Shown piece by piece: positions 43,122 through 57,921 of a stretch of DNA of 64,000 nt; positions within the stretch are counted from its first letter, which is position 1; every line of letters starts with the position of its first letter. Below the pieces are notes generated by a model. The model had not been told where the DNA came from, did not search any database, and saw only the letters and a program-made list of their open reading frames with translations. Where the stretch lies: the NCBI GenBank assembly GCA_951406725.2, contig OX597837.1, positions 20,398,001-20,462,000 of the forward strand, read 5' to 3'. Both the position numbers and the translations under genes were made by a program. The DNA is from Octopus vulgaris. Taxonomy: Eukaryota.

Positions 43122-44263
43122 CATGGCTGTATGGTAACTAGCTTGCTTACCAACCACATGGTTCCGGATTCAGTCCCACTGTGTGGCACCTTGGGCAAGT
43201 GTATTCTACTATATCCTTGGGCCAACCAAAGCCTTGTGTGGATTTGGTAGACAGAACCTGAAAGAAATCTGTTGTGTATGTGTGTCTGCTTGTCCCCCAC
43301 CATCGCTTGACAACCGATGAAGGTGTGTTTACGTCCCCGTAACTTAGCGGTTCAGCAAAACAGACAGATAGGATAAGTACTAGGCTTACAAAGAATAAGT
43401 CCTGGGGTCGACTTGTTCGACTAAAGGTGGTACTCCAGCATATGAGCGTGGCTGTGTGGCAAGAAGCTTCCTTCCCAACCATATGGTTCCGAGTTCAGTC
43501 CCACTGCGTGGGCACCCCGGACAAGAGTCTTCTAATAAAGCTCAGGTCCGACCAAAGCCTTGTGAGTGGATTTGGTAGACGTAAACTGAAAGAAGCCTGT
43601 CGTAGATGTGTGTGTGTGTATCTTTGCGTCTGTGTTTGTCCCACCACCACCATCACTAAGGTTCGACACCCGATGTTGGTATGTTCGCGTCCCCGTAACT
43701 TAGCGGTTCGACATAAACGACCGATAAAACAAGTACCAGGCTTACAAAGAATAAGTCCTGAAGTCGATTTCTTTGACTAAAAGGCGGTGCTCCAGCATGG
43801 CCGCAGTGAAATGACTGAAATAAAACAATAAAAGAATTTGTATTGCGTCCTACTATAATTTATCTCTTCTGGCAAATCAATATATATATATATATATAGA
43901 AGTGGCTGTGTGGTAAGAAGCTTGCTTCCCAACTACATGGTTCTGGGTTCAATTCTACTGTGATGCACCTTGGGCAAGTGTATTCTACTATAGCCTCGGG
44001 CAGACCCAAACCTTGTGAGTGGGTTTGGTAGACGGAAACTTAAAAATGCCTGTCATATATATATATATGCATGTATTTGTGTCTATATTTGTCTCCTACC
44101 ACCACTTGGCAACTGTTGGTATGAGCACGTTCCCGTTATCTAGTGGTTCGGCAATAGGAACCGATAGAATAGGTACAAGGCTTACAAAGAATAAGTCCTG
44201 GGGTCGATTTATTTAATTAAAGGCGGATGTTCTAGTAAGGCCGAAGTCAAATGACTGAAACAA
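43122..44263 (+). mobile_element. Three tandem SINE family 1 copies
   Basis: Heads at ~43122, ~43446 and ~43900, each running to the ccagcat/gactgaaa tail. Confidence 0.88.
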
Positions 44264-44774
44264 GAATATATGTATATATGATTTTCGTTTACAGCTGTTT
44301 CTGCTATCACATGCAGTGCACTCAGAGCTTAGTGTTTGTGCAACATATAGCTTCCATGGAGCCATTAGTGGCTTTGAGAAAACTATTGTATGTTGCAACA
44401 ACACTCAGCTCTTAGAGTATTGCTTCACATAACAGAAACAGCTGTTAAGTTGATTGCGTTGTTCCCTTGTCATTTATATATGATGAGCAGACAAGGATAA
44501 ATTATCCAGGAGGGTACAGTAGAAGTACTCAGTTATAATCCGGGTACAGGCTAACTGCATCAAGTTGTAAAGAGAACCTAAGATTACTTAGGGCGAACCA
44601 TTCCACTGTAATTAATCCGATGGATAAATCCTGGTTTTACTTCTCTGGATTATGAATATTTTACTGAGTGTATAAGCAGATGAACTAATCTCTATATTTA
44701 TTTTAATTGTCTTTGTGTGTGTGTGTGACAGTGTGTATAATGATATGAGTTTTCATCAGGAGTACTCAAACTAT

Positions 44775-44806
<32 letters not shown>

Positions 44807-44839
44807 GAGTGAGTAGACAAATGAGTTACATATATGGAT

Positions 44840-44970
44840 CAAAACAGTTTGATTCGAACTCCTTGTTACTCTGAGATTCAAGCATGATGCTAATCTTCGG
44901 CGGTTGGAGCTGAAGATTAGCGTCACGCTTGAAACTCAGAGTACCAAGGAGTTTGAATCAAACCATTTTG
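44840..44970. ncRNA. Long hairpin whose arms each carry a hammerhead-like motif
   Basis: Arms 44840-44900 and 44909-44970; right arm CTGAAGA t tagcg-tca-cgctt GAAA ctc-a-gag TA. Confidence 0.55.
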
Positions 44971-45124
44971 AAACACACATATATACATACATACATACAC
45001 ACCCAGATATGTTTCTGCACAATAAATTACTAATCAGTCTGGAAGAATTCTATAGAATTTGATGAAAAATGGTGACAGAAAATAAGGAAAAAATGAGAAA
45101 ACACATCATAACAAATACAAGAAA

Positions 45125-48100
45125 AAATCATTGAAAAGACCATTTTATTATTATTATTATTATTAGTAATAGTATTATCTTTTTTCTTAATTATATGGTC
45201 TGGCGTGGGGGTGGTAGGGTGGTGGAAGGAAATGTTGAGAGGCGTGGGGTATGGGGCGGCTTGAAGAAGAGAAAATTCATATATCTTAATGTGTGTCCTA
45301 TTTTACAGGAATTGTTTGAAAACTGTTATTTCATAAAGAATATTTACCGACTGGTATATATTTTATATAGGTATATATAAGTATATACACACTTCAGTTC
45401 AAATTTTCTCTCTCTCTCTCACATATACACACACACATATACAGACACATCATACAGGCATATGAGTGCATGTGTGATATATACACATGCATGTGCATAT
45501 ATATATACATATATCCTGGCAATCAAGCATTTCAAAGCCAGCGAGGTTAGCATTCTTCAGGGCATATGTAGAGAGCATTCATCTCCATGGTGCTGGAAGT
45601 TGTTCTCCAAGGATTCAAGATGGCTTCGATGGTATACAGATAGACTTCTCAGGCTGATTCCAAATATTTTGGTGGCACGAACACAAGATCAAAGCAGAGG
45701 TTTTATGGACGCAATCCACCCGACAATGTAGGGTAGGCTTTGCTGGCCACTGCTATCATGCTGTAAACTAGGTCATATTTGGATGCTGTATTCTGGAAAC
45801 TTCTAAACCCTTAATACAAGATGAAGATGCCTCCACTACATTGATGTCATTGGCAGGAACATACAACCTGAAACTGAGGAATTACCAAAGGAAATGGAGG
45901 ACACATATTCTTGGTGAGGCGTCATGAAATGCATCTTGAAGTCACATGATGAAGAGTGTGTATGTATATATATATATATTTATATATATATATATATATA
46001 TATTTACACACATATACATACATATATGTATATATAATGTGCAGGTATATATTTATTATATTTATACACATGCACATATATGCACATACACACATATGCA
46101 CACACACATATGCATTCATGCAGATCGTGTCATTTAATACATAAAATCCATTTTTTTTGTGGGTGGGGGGTTAAATTTTTATTTTATATCCAAATCAAAT
46201 GTGTCTGCAATTCGAACATCATCGTTATTTTCATTATCATTATTATTATCATCATTGTCATCATCGTCGTCGTCACCATTATTAATAATATTAAACTGGT
46301 TTTTTTTTGTCACACAAAAATACTGTGGGGGAGGGGTGGGCGGGAGGTAACCCTTCAAAGTACATCAATTTTTCTTATCAAACTTTACACACCAATTTGT
46401 GGAAATGTCATAATTTCCATTACTTTTATTATCATTATTATTATTATTATTAGTGTCAGACATTTCTTTAGTTCCATTGTTTGCCACAAAATACTTTTCT
46501 TCTTTCTTTATTTTTTTTCTGCTCATTTCTCCACTTTATCCTTTATTTTCACAAATCTGTCTTCAAAATTTTCTTTTGATGATTTTTCATCGGTAATTTT
46601 AATTTCATTTTTCTTTCAAATTTCAAAAAAAAAAAAAAAAAAAAAAAAATTGGAGTGATTGATTTTTTTTTTTTTTCTCCATCATCTCACTCCCATCTTT
46701 TTCTTCTCTAAACTTTTCTTATTTGTTGATATTTGCTGTTTAGATTTGCCTTCAGCCTTTTCCAGATTTCCGAAAAAAAAACCCAAATAAAACAAAAAAA
46801 AAAAAAATAAACACACAAGTACTTTAGTAGTCACTTGTAGCAGCACACACACAAACACACACATATATATATAAATATATACATATATATATATATATAC
46901 ATACATACATACACACTCACATCTACACACTTCTATATGCTTTTAGAATTGTACTGCAATGTACAGTACAGTACCAGTCCAAATAATACTGTACTGCAAT
47001 TCCAGTTCACATCTGATCGTTCTGTATTAAGTGGCACTGCACAGTTTCCTCTTATCGTTTCTGCACTGCTTTGTACTGTATATTTCACCAAACCGCATTG
47101 CACATTTCACCATACGATCACAGCTTTTTGCTGTAGAATTCTGTATTATTCCTCACCAAACTGCGCCACACATTGAACTGTATATTCTCACCATCAAAAC
47201 ACAATGCATTTTTATTATATTCTGCAGTAAATTTCACAAAACTGGACTTTGCTGTGTATTTTTGCAAAAGTGCATCTTTACATTTCATTGTATTTTCCTC
47301 TGCGCTGCAATGCACTGTATAATTCATTATACTGAAACAGCATTGTATATTTCACCATACTGCACACTGCAAATTTAACCAACTGCAACCCAACTGTGAT
47401 GTTACACTTCACTATATTATTGCACCACATTGCAATCTACAACAAAATATTGCACCATTTTCAACAAGTCCATTCCACATTGCAGCATGCAACTGTCATA
47501 TATAATACACCACAAGTCTTAACAACAATGTACAACATCAAAACTGCAGCATCAATACTGCATCACTGTAAATTCATCAGTTCTTTAGTATGCAATGCAT
47601 TATGCATTCGCTCGTAAAACAACCACAACTGTTCACTGCAATGTACTCCCTTGAGAAAAGATAGTTATAAACTCCACACTGCAACACTGTACAGCAGCAT
47701 ATATATATATATTATATATATATATATGAAATGCACCACAAATGTGCATGGCAGTATACTTCACCTTGACAAAGCTGCAGCATCAATACTGCAGCATTTT
47801 AAAAGTTATATGTATTTAACTGTGCAATGCTCTGCATTGAAACAAAATAAAACCACAAATATTTACTGCAACATATTTCCTTGAAAAGATGCAATACGAT
47901 AAACTCCTTGTTGCACCACTCTGCTTTAATCCAAAGTAAAGTACTGTTGCAATGTTCCAACAATATAGTATACATATAAAATGCACCACCAATGTGCAAT
48001 GCAAAATGATCTACACTTTCCGTTCTATTTATAGTATGCAATGTTCTGTGTTGCCTCATAATGCAACTCTTCTCTGTAACGGACGCCCTTGAAAAAAACC

Positions 48101-48803
48101 ACAGCATTATTAACACTATACTGCAATACTCTTAATTTCTCTGTAGTATAGTACTGTATTGTTCCAACAATGCAATATATATAATGCACCGACAATATGC
48201 AGTGTAATATATTGCACTCCATTAAAAAACCCTGCAGTGTTGCATCTGCGTCATTTCATAAAGTAAAACAATGTACAATGTTCCAAATTGCATTCTAACT
48301 GCGCCACAGCAGTTCTTTTCACCGTATTTCAATTACATTGCATACACAGCACAATACTGCAATGTACTGTACCCTTGGGTACACATTACTGTCCATCCAC
48401 AGGGTCCACAAAAACAGCCAAACCCAATGAGGTCGGCTGCCCGGTCAGTCAATCAGACGGTCAGCTACTTCCAGAATACTCCTCACAGGGAAGAATCTTA
48501 TCAGAGGTGATGCAAGAACACATATAAGGATGTGCCTGTCGTGGGGAGGCGGGAAGGGAGAAGAATGTAAGTAAAAACGTGTGTGGGAGGGTGGGGCTCT
48601 TTGTATGTGAGTCTCTACATGTTTTCTTTGTTCTTGTTGATTTTTAATTCTGTTTTGTTTGTGAGGGAAGGCAAGCAATTATTACATGCATGTGGGTGTG
48701 TATAAATATATATGTGTATGTAGCATGAATATGTGTGTGAGAGTGCCTGAGTTGTTCAGAAAGTCAGTTTTATACATATATACATAGATTTATCTGTTTT
48801 GTC

Positions 48804-48838
<35 letters not shown>

Positions 48839-48901
48839 CACACACATATGTATGTTTATATATTATACACACATTCACTGAGGTTGACTATTCAATCTTT
48901 T
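45125..48901 (-). other. FoxO: Putative non-coding terminal exon (3' UTR) of FoxO
   Basis: Pyrimidine-rich acceptor tttctcttttaatttctcttttaag ending at 48902; no recognisable SINE/LINE across 3.8 kb; AATAAA at 45149-45144 with U/GU-rich downstream element. Confidence 0.55.
45144..45149 (-). promoter_or_regulatory. Polyadenylation signal AATAAA
   Basis: Followed on minus strand by atggtcttttcaatgattttttcttgtatttgttatgatgtgttttc. Confidence 0.55.
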
Positions 48902-49118
48902 CTTAAAAGAGAAATTAAAAGAGAAATAAGAACAAGGCAAAATATGAGATAAGATACAGCCTCCATACATACATGAACACATGGACATACACACATGAAT
49001 GTATGTATGTATGTGTGTGTGCATACACCAATATGTAAATACATACAAATTTACATAAATATATGCATACACACATACATATATATATATGCATACACAC
49101 ATGCATACATTTATATGT

Positions 49119-49415
<297 letters not shown>

Positions 49416-49880
49416 TATACATAGATAATACACACATACATGCACACCTAAATACACACACACACACACAGTTATAAGCTTTTATGTCAATTCTTCCATG
49501 CCAGCATAAGGCTAGATGAATATATTATAGTGGCATTACTTTACTGTTGAATGCATTTGCTGTCACTAAGTGGTTAAAGGTTTTCTAAGACGGGAACCCC
49601 ATTCAACACATCTTTAAAAGCAAAAACCCAGCAGATAAACCAGCTAACAGGGGGAAAATGACACACCAGTGTCACTGCCCACTCTTGAGTGATTTTTGGA
49701 GTCTATAGAAAAACCAGACACACACTCACACAAACTACACCCACAACGAGTTTTTTCAGCTTTTCTCTACCATATCCACTCAAGGTTTTGGTTGGTGTAG
49801 GTCCCTTATAGAAGGCACTTGCCCAAAGTTCTACGCAGTAAGACTTAACATATATATGCATACAGATGCATATATGAATA

Positions 49881-49946
<66 letters not shown>

Positions 49947-49995
49947 TACACAAACACACATATACATGCATATATTTATATACTAATAGATAGCT

Positions 49996-50064
<69 letters not shown>

Positions 50065-50341
50065 AAAGGGTTACTCTTATGATTTTGTAGAGTACAAATT
50101 TATTATTGTTTCCACATGAATGTTGTTGACAGTGACTTTGAAGTTCCCACCAGCTAATCGCCAGAAAGCCAGGCAGTCTGACACCGGCTTAACTGACTGA
50201 AAGTTACTGTCAACAGCATTCTTGTTTAGCAACAATAATATATTACATATATATATACATACACATTTTTATATGTATGTATATATGTGTATATACACTA
50301 CTCTACTCTCTTTGTCTAAAAAGGACATGCCTTTGTGTGTG

Positions 50342-51053
<712 letters not shown>

Positions 51054-51196
51054 CAAATACATAATGCACATATATATATATATATATTACATATATATAA
51101 TGCAATATATATATATATATATATATAATGCATATTATATTAAATTAGAGATAAAACCACTATTAGGCAAATCATACAATTTATTCCCTAATATTT

Positions 51197-51250
<54 letters not shown>

Positions 51251-51804
51251 CATATATATAATGAATATAGATATATTCGCCATGATAGATCACTAGCCAC
51301 TGCACATTCCTTATTTTCTCTCCCTGTTTCTTTCTGTGTTCATTTCTGAGGAAGTGCATATGCTTGAAACGTTAAAGAATTTTTCACTTCCCAAATGTTA
51401 AACTAATACATCTGTTTGTGGTCTACACTACCTGTCTTTGTCTTTTGTTTTTTTCGTGAATTCTCCCCTATATATATATATGATTACATATATATAATAC
51501 ATATATATATAATGTATTACATATATATAATACATATATATATATATGTATGTATTATATATAATGCATATATATATATATATATATATATAATGCATGT
51601 CTATAATACATGCATATATATAAAATAATATATATGTATCCATATATCATCATAGCTTAACTGACATTAAGAAGATTATGATGATGATATGTAATAATAT
51701 ATAATACATTATATATATATATATATATACATGTACATGTATATATATATGTATATATATATAAATATATATATTTTATAATATATATATATATATTTAT
51801 ATAT

Positions 51805-51842
<38 letters not shown>

Positions 51843-51846
51843 CATT

Positions 51847-51880
<34 letters not shown>

Positions 51881-51889
51881 ATATAAATT

Positions 51890-51966
<77 letters not shown>

Positions 51967-52741
51967 GTGTATATATATATATATATATATCCCTCTCTCT
52001 CTTTGGGAGAGGCACAAGCACCTACACGCACATATGCACACACGGCAGTTACTTCCACCTACCGAATTCAATCATATATAAATATCTATAGAAGTGTGTG
52101 TGTATGTGTGTATGTGTGCATAAATTACTGTATGTATACATACTGAACTCGCAAACATATCCATCAGAAGATATTACTTTTGTCTTGGTTACGAATAATA
52201 TTCAGATAAAAATTGGCAATATGACGAGGGAAAGAAGAAGATAATTGATAGCCCTATACTTATGACATACCACTCATTATACACTCACGCAAGCATACTT
52301 GTATGTGTATGTACATGTGTGTGTGTGTATTCGTGTGTATATATATATGCGTGTGTATATATATGTTTATATATGAGGCATATAGATATATATGCATGTG
52401 TTTGATTACACTCTGAACAAATGTTGACCTTACATAATGAAGATTAATTTACCTGTTGATGCTTATGTGTCTGTGCATATGCATGTATGTGTGTGTGTAT
52501 ATATATATGCACATACATACATACATATATACATACACACACATACAAATATGCATGCATGTATAAATTTGTATTAGCATACACCAATAAGTATATGAAT
52601 GTGTGCTGTATTAAAACATATGACTGGAAAATATCTACAGCTATTTCTCATTGTCCATGTGTGTGCATGTGTGTGTGTGTGTGTGTGTGTGTGTACGTAC
52701 TGGTTGATGTTTTTTGGGAGAGGGATTCACCGGAGAAGATT

Positions 52742-53469
52742 CTATCCTGGAAGAGGGTCAAAGTTGAAATCCAAATTTTCATTCAAGCTGAGTTCATGCT
52801 GGATGACAGCCGCTACATCACATTCTAAGTTAGTGCTACTCCACAGCATTTCGTAGTCAATGTCACAAGGATAGGTGCTTGGTTGACAGGACACCACTGA
52901 GGAGTTGACAACGTCACCGTGCACATTGTCAAAGTCTAAATTATTGGTGTTAAGGACTCTCGATTGAATGGCTGATAAATTTCCTCCGATTTGGGGCATG
53001 TGGGCTCTCATCCCTCCATTTAAGCAGTTAGCTAGGGCATTCGTGCCCCTTATACTACCGGCTGTGTTGCCCAATCGGCAATCTGATATTGATGTGGTTG
53101 TTATGTTGTTGGAGCCAAGTAAGCAGGCTAAGTTATTGTCCCCATAGGACGATGACTGTGACTGTGATGATGACGACGATGATGATGATGTTTGAGACGA
53201 AATATTGTTACCGAATATGTCTCTTCCGTACGAAGTGTAAGGCTGGGTTACTGCAGCGTTAGAGTGGCCTCGCAGTGGCTGTGCATTGTGCATGAGTGCT
53301 GCACGCAAGATCGAGTTATTTGGGGGGCTGTGCATTTGCTGTTGCAGTAAATTCGAGGGACCAATCTTTGACTGGGCTGAGGTCTGTTGATGATGGATTG
53401 ACAAGTTGCTTTGAGACTGTGGCTGCTGCTGTTGCTGCTGCTGCTTCTGTTGTTGTTGTTGCTGTTGTT

Positions 53470-53500
<31 letters not shown>

Positions 53501-53774
53501 CTGCTGCTGTTGCACCTGTGCCACTTTAGAAATTGACTGAGAGTAACCGCTGTGAATTGCAACACCAGAAGAAGCAACGACAGATGCAGACACTGCACTG
53601 AGAGCCAGTTGCTTCTTATCAAGTCCTGCAGTATTTGTTGCAATATTGCATGGGTGCACTTGAGTGTGTGAAATTGCTATGGTATGAAGCTGCACTTGTG
53701 GCTGATCTTGCAGATGCATTTGGGATGCAGTCTGGGGCCTTGATTGACTTTGCTGAATTTGTTGCTGTTGTTGT

Positions 53775-53806
<32 letters not shown>

Positions 53807-54775
53807 CTGTTGTACAGCAGCGGCGGCAAGTTGTGCTGCATCCTGGAGACTGGCATTCAGCTGATTCGGTGTCTCCGTGTTGACTATTGACTTCAAGATA
53901 GAATCGGATTGGCCGTAGATGTCCAGTCCATTCTGTAATGTGTTCAAACTGACACCGCTATAGCTGTCATGGCCAGACAGGGAGAGCGCATCCAAGGCGG
54001 TCAGTTGATTCTGTGGACTGGTCTGCTGCGATTGCACTTGCTTGTTGGACTGCTGTGACTGCGAACTGGTGCGGATGTGTTCTGAATAGGGTGGCGGTGG
54101 TGGCGGGGGTGGTGGAGGAGGGGGTGGCGGCGGCGGGGGTGGAGGTGGGACAGACGGCCCGTTGTAGCTGCTGAATTGGTTGTACGAGGTTGCCTGCGTG
54201 GCACTGGCGGCGGCCGTCGTGTACCTCCTCACCGAACCGCCCGACAGCATGTGTTGATGGTGAAGCCCCTCGTCGGTCAGATTCATACTGCCTGGCAAGG
54301 AATCGACTAGCTGGTCGGCGTAGCTATCAATAGATGGACCCTCGGTTTCCATCTCAGCGTTCCAAGGAATAGGAGACATAGGTGGCACCTGATTATCATG
54401 GAGGTCAGGCTCAACCACAGCTTGTATCGGAGAGAGACGACCACAGCTGCTGGCGTTAGAGCTGGCACGGGGCCGAAAATCAAAATCTGGACTGAGCTGG
54501 AAGCCTGGCACTGGAGAATCGGTCAACAAGTCGCCATCGCTACTTGTTGTTGGACTGTTTCCACCTTGTTCCAGAGCTCGTAGTTGGTCAGCTTTCTTTT
54601 TGGCACGGTTCTTCTTCTTCTCGTAGACTTTGGTCTCCATACTGCCAGCACGGCGCCGTGGAGACTTACCTGGTTTTGCGTCGGGGTTAATGACCCACCA
54701 GGAACTCTTGCCCGAACCCTCGTTGGGGACTCGCATGAATCTGTTATGTAGGGACAAGTTGTGACGAATTGAGTT
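52742..54775 (-). CDS. FoxO: Forkhead box O transcription factor, last coding exon (C-terminal half of forkhead domain to stop); 5' exon(s) lie outside the window
   Basis: Acceptor ttttttctttttcag then [32 protein letters not shown]; Akt sites RRRAGS and [10 protein letters not shown]; basic NLS; C-terminal [22 protein letters not shown] transactivation motif; phase-0 intron at the usual WK/NSIRH position. Confidence 0.97.
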
Positions 54776-54857
54776 CTGAAAAAGAAAAAATATAAAAAGC
54801 ATATTAGAACAAAAAAATAATGAGTGGGAAATGAAAATTCAACATAAATAATAATAA

Positions 54858-55068
54858 TAATCCTTTCTATTACAGGCACAAAGCCTGAAATTTTGGGGGA
54901 GGGGACTAGTCAATGACATCAACCCCCGGTGCTTCACTGGTACTTCATTTATCAACCCCAAAAGGATGAACGTTATCCTTGGCAGAATTTGAACTCAATA
55001 TAAACAAAGATGAAATGTCACAAAACATTTCACCTGGCGTGCTAACGACTCTGCCAGCTCGTTGACTT
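54858..55068 (-). mobile_element. SINE family 2 in FoxO intron, ~80 bp from the acceptor
   Basis: Reverse complement of gagctggcagagtcgttagc...agaaaggattatt. Confidence 0.8.
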
Positions 55069-55825
55069 AATAATAATCATAAATTCACAATAAATAATAG
55101 CAATAATTATAACAACAATAACAACTTCTGTCAGAGATACAAAGCACCAAATCTGGTCATAAAGTCAGTGAATTATATCAGGCTTAATATTTAAGCGGCT
55201 CCCCATGTAACTGACCTGGGTGGGATCATAAGCAAAGCAGACAACAGCAAAATTTGAAACCAAAATGGATATAGCAGTAACTCGATGCCACAGTGTCTAC
55301 TGATTCTGCCAATCTCCCACCCAATTGACAACAATAACAACAACAAATAAAAACACATGGAAAAAAGAAAACGAAAATAAAAGCCCCACATGCACACTGA
55401 TGGACATTGCCATCCTGACTGAAATATTGTCCCAAGTGGAAAAAAAAAAAAGACAGTCAAAATATAAGGATCTTGTTATTTGATGATTTGAGATGAGAGG
55501 CATGAAAGTGAAAAGGGTACAGTTGGCACATTAAGGTATGAAAGAAAATTAGCAAGCATGGCTGTGTGGTAGGAAGCTTGCTTCCCAACCACATGGTTCT
55601 GGGTTCAGTCCCACTGCGGAAACTGAAAGAAGCCTATCATGTGTACACACACACACACATATCTTTGCATGTCTACTGAACTCAACTTGTTTCTTTTTTC
55701 ATTCTCTCTCTATTCATTTCCTCTTATTCATTTCTGTCAAAGAGCATAGGCTCAAAATGTAAAAGACTTTTCCATTTTTCCTTGCTTGTTGTTCCTACAC
55801 CTGTCTTTGTTTTTCTATAAATTTG

Positions 55826-55863
<38 letters not shown>

Positions 55864-56113
55864 CAGGCTTCTGTTAGTTTCCATTTACGAAATGCATTCA
55901 TAAGGCATTGGCAAGGCCAAAGATACAGTGGAAGACACTTGCCCAAAGTTCCACACTGTGGGACTGAACCTGGAACCATGTAGTTGGGGAGCAAGCTTCT
56001 TGCCACACAGCCACAACTGCATTTGTCACATATATTTGTGTGTGTGTGTGCATGTGTGTATGTGTGTGTGCATGTGTGTGTGTATGAGCATGTGTGTGTG
56101 TGTGTAAATGTAT

Positions 56114-56162
<49 letters not shown>

Positions 56163-56848
56163 CACACACACACACATGCAGACATACATACACATGGTGT
56201 AATTCTGCTTCAGGGAGGAACAGAATTATACTATGAAACACGGATATACAAAAACCAAGGGGGAAATAAACAGACACACAGACAGAACCAGAATACTTAC
56301 TTATTCACGTATGTAGTATAAGAAAATCTATCCTTCCTCATGCACCACTTTACACATACACACACACACACCATATATACTGGCTCCTCCCCTCTTCAAC
56401 CTACCCCCCTTTTCTTTTATTTAATTTCCTTTCAGGCTTTAGAAGCCGGAAATAACAAGTGTTTGCCGAGAAAGCTGGTATTATTAACATATAAGACAAG
56501 GATATTCCACCACACAGCTTTGTGACACTGAAAGCTCTGATATATCTTCTATCTTGTGGCCATGCTGGGGCACCGCCTTGGAAGATTTTAGTCAAAGAAA
56601 TCGACCTCAGTACCTTTTGTTTTTGTTTCCTTCAAAGCCTGGAACTTATTCTATCGATCTCTTACCCTGAACTGCTAGGTTATGGGGATGTAAATACACC
56701 AACACTGGTTGTGAAGCAGTGATGGGATACAAACACAAAGACACACACACACACACATGTAAAACACCCTTTCTTTCCTTCCCTGAGCGTCCTTTAATAC
56801 TTTGCATGCACCACGCCCTTTTCTTGCGCTTTGTCTTCGTTTTTTAGG

Positions 56849-56885
<37 letters not shown>

Positions 56886-56887
56886 TT

Positions 56888-57283
56888 CTCTTTTACTTGT
56901 TTCAGTCATTTGACTGCGGCCATGCTGGAGCACCGCCTCTTTAATCGAGCAACTCGACCCCGGGTCTTATTCTTTTGTAATCCCAGTACTTATTCTATCG
57001 GTCTCTTTTGCCGAACCGCTAAGTAACGGGGACACACCAGCATCGGTTGTCAAGCGATGTTGGGAGGACAAACACAGACACACAAACACACACATACATA
57101 TATATATATATATACATATATACGACGGGCTTCTTTCAGCTTCCATCTACCAAATCCACTCACAAGGCTTTGGTCGGTCCGAGGCTATAGTAGAAGACAC
57201 TTGCCCAAGGTGCCACGTAGTGGGACTGAACCCAGAACCATGTGGACGGTAAACAAGCTACTTACCACACAGCCACTCCTATG

Positions 57284-57285
<2 letters not shown>
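56888..57285 (-). mobile_element. SINE family 1 (intronic)
   Basis: Full-length match. Confidence 0.9.
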
Positions 57286-57341
<56 letters not shown>

Positions 57342-57604
57342 TAAATTAGAGATAAAACCACTATTAGGCAAATCAAACAGTGAAAAACATAAGCCAATAC
57401 ATAAAATTAATCTTAAAATATAAAAGTTAAAAATAAAAATTATTTAAATAATTTAAACTTATAAATTTTATATATATATACAAATATATATATATATGTA
57501 TGTATGTATATTTTTATATTTATATATTATTTTATTTATTAATTAATTAATTAATTAATTTTTTTTTTAAATATCAAAAGTATTAAAAGTTTAATAAAAG
57601 ATAA

Positions 57605-57642
<38 letters not shown>

Positions 57643-57822
57643 GATGGGCTTCCAGTTCCCAAAGCTACTCACAGGACTGGTGGGGTCTAGTGGTAGAATA
57701 CACTTGCCTAAAGTGCCACCTAGTGGGACTGAGCCTGGAATCATGTAGTTGGGAAACAAACTTCTTACTGCACCGCCACACCTGTGCCCCTGTCCACATA
57801 GCCATGCCTGCATATATACATA

Positions 57823-57858
<36 letters not shown>

Positions 57859-57889
57859 CATAAATATATATATATATACACACACACAT

Positions 57890-57920
<31 letters not shown>

Positions 57921-57921
57921 C

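Noticed and set aside
46080-46658. 192 aa hydrophobic + strand ORF
   Set aside because: Low-complexity T-rich antisense of the putative FoxO 3' UTR; no recognisable domain.
54776-54802. N-terminal MLFIFFLFQ of the 686 aa ORF
   Set aside because: This is the intron polypyrimidine tract and acceptor; the exon starts at 54775.
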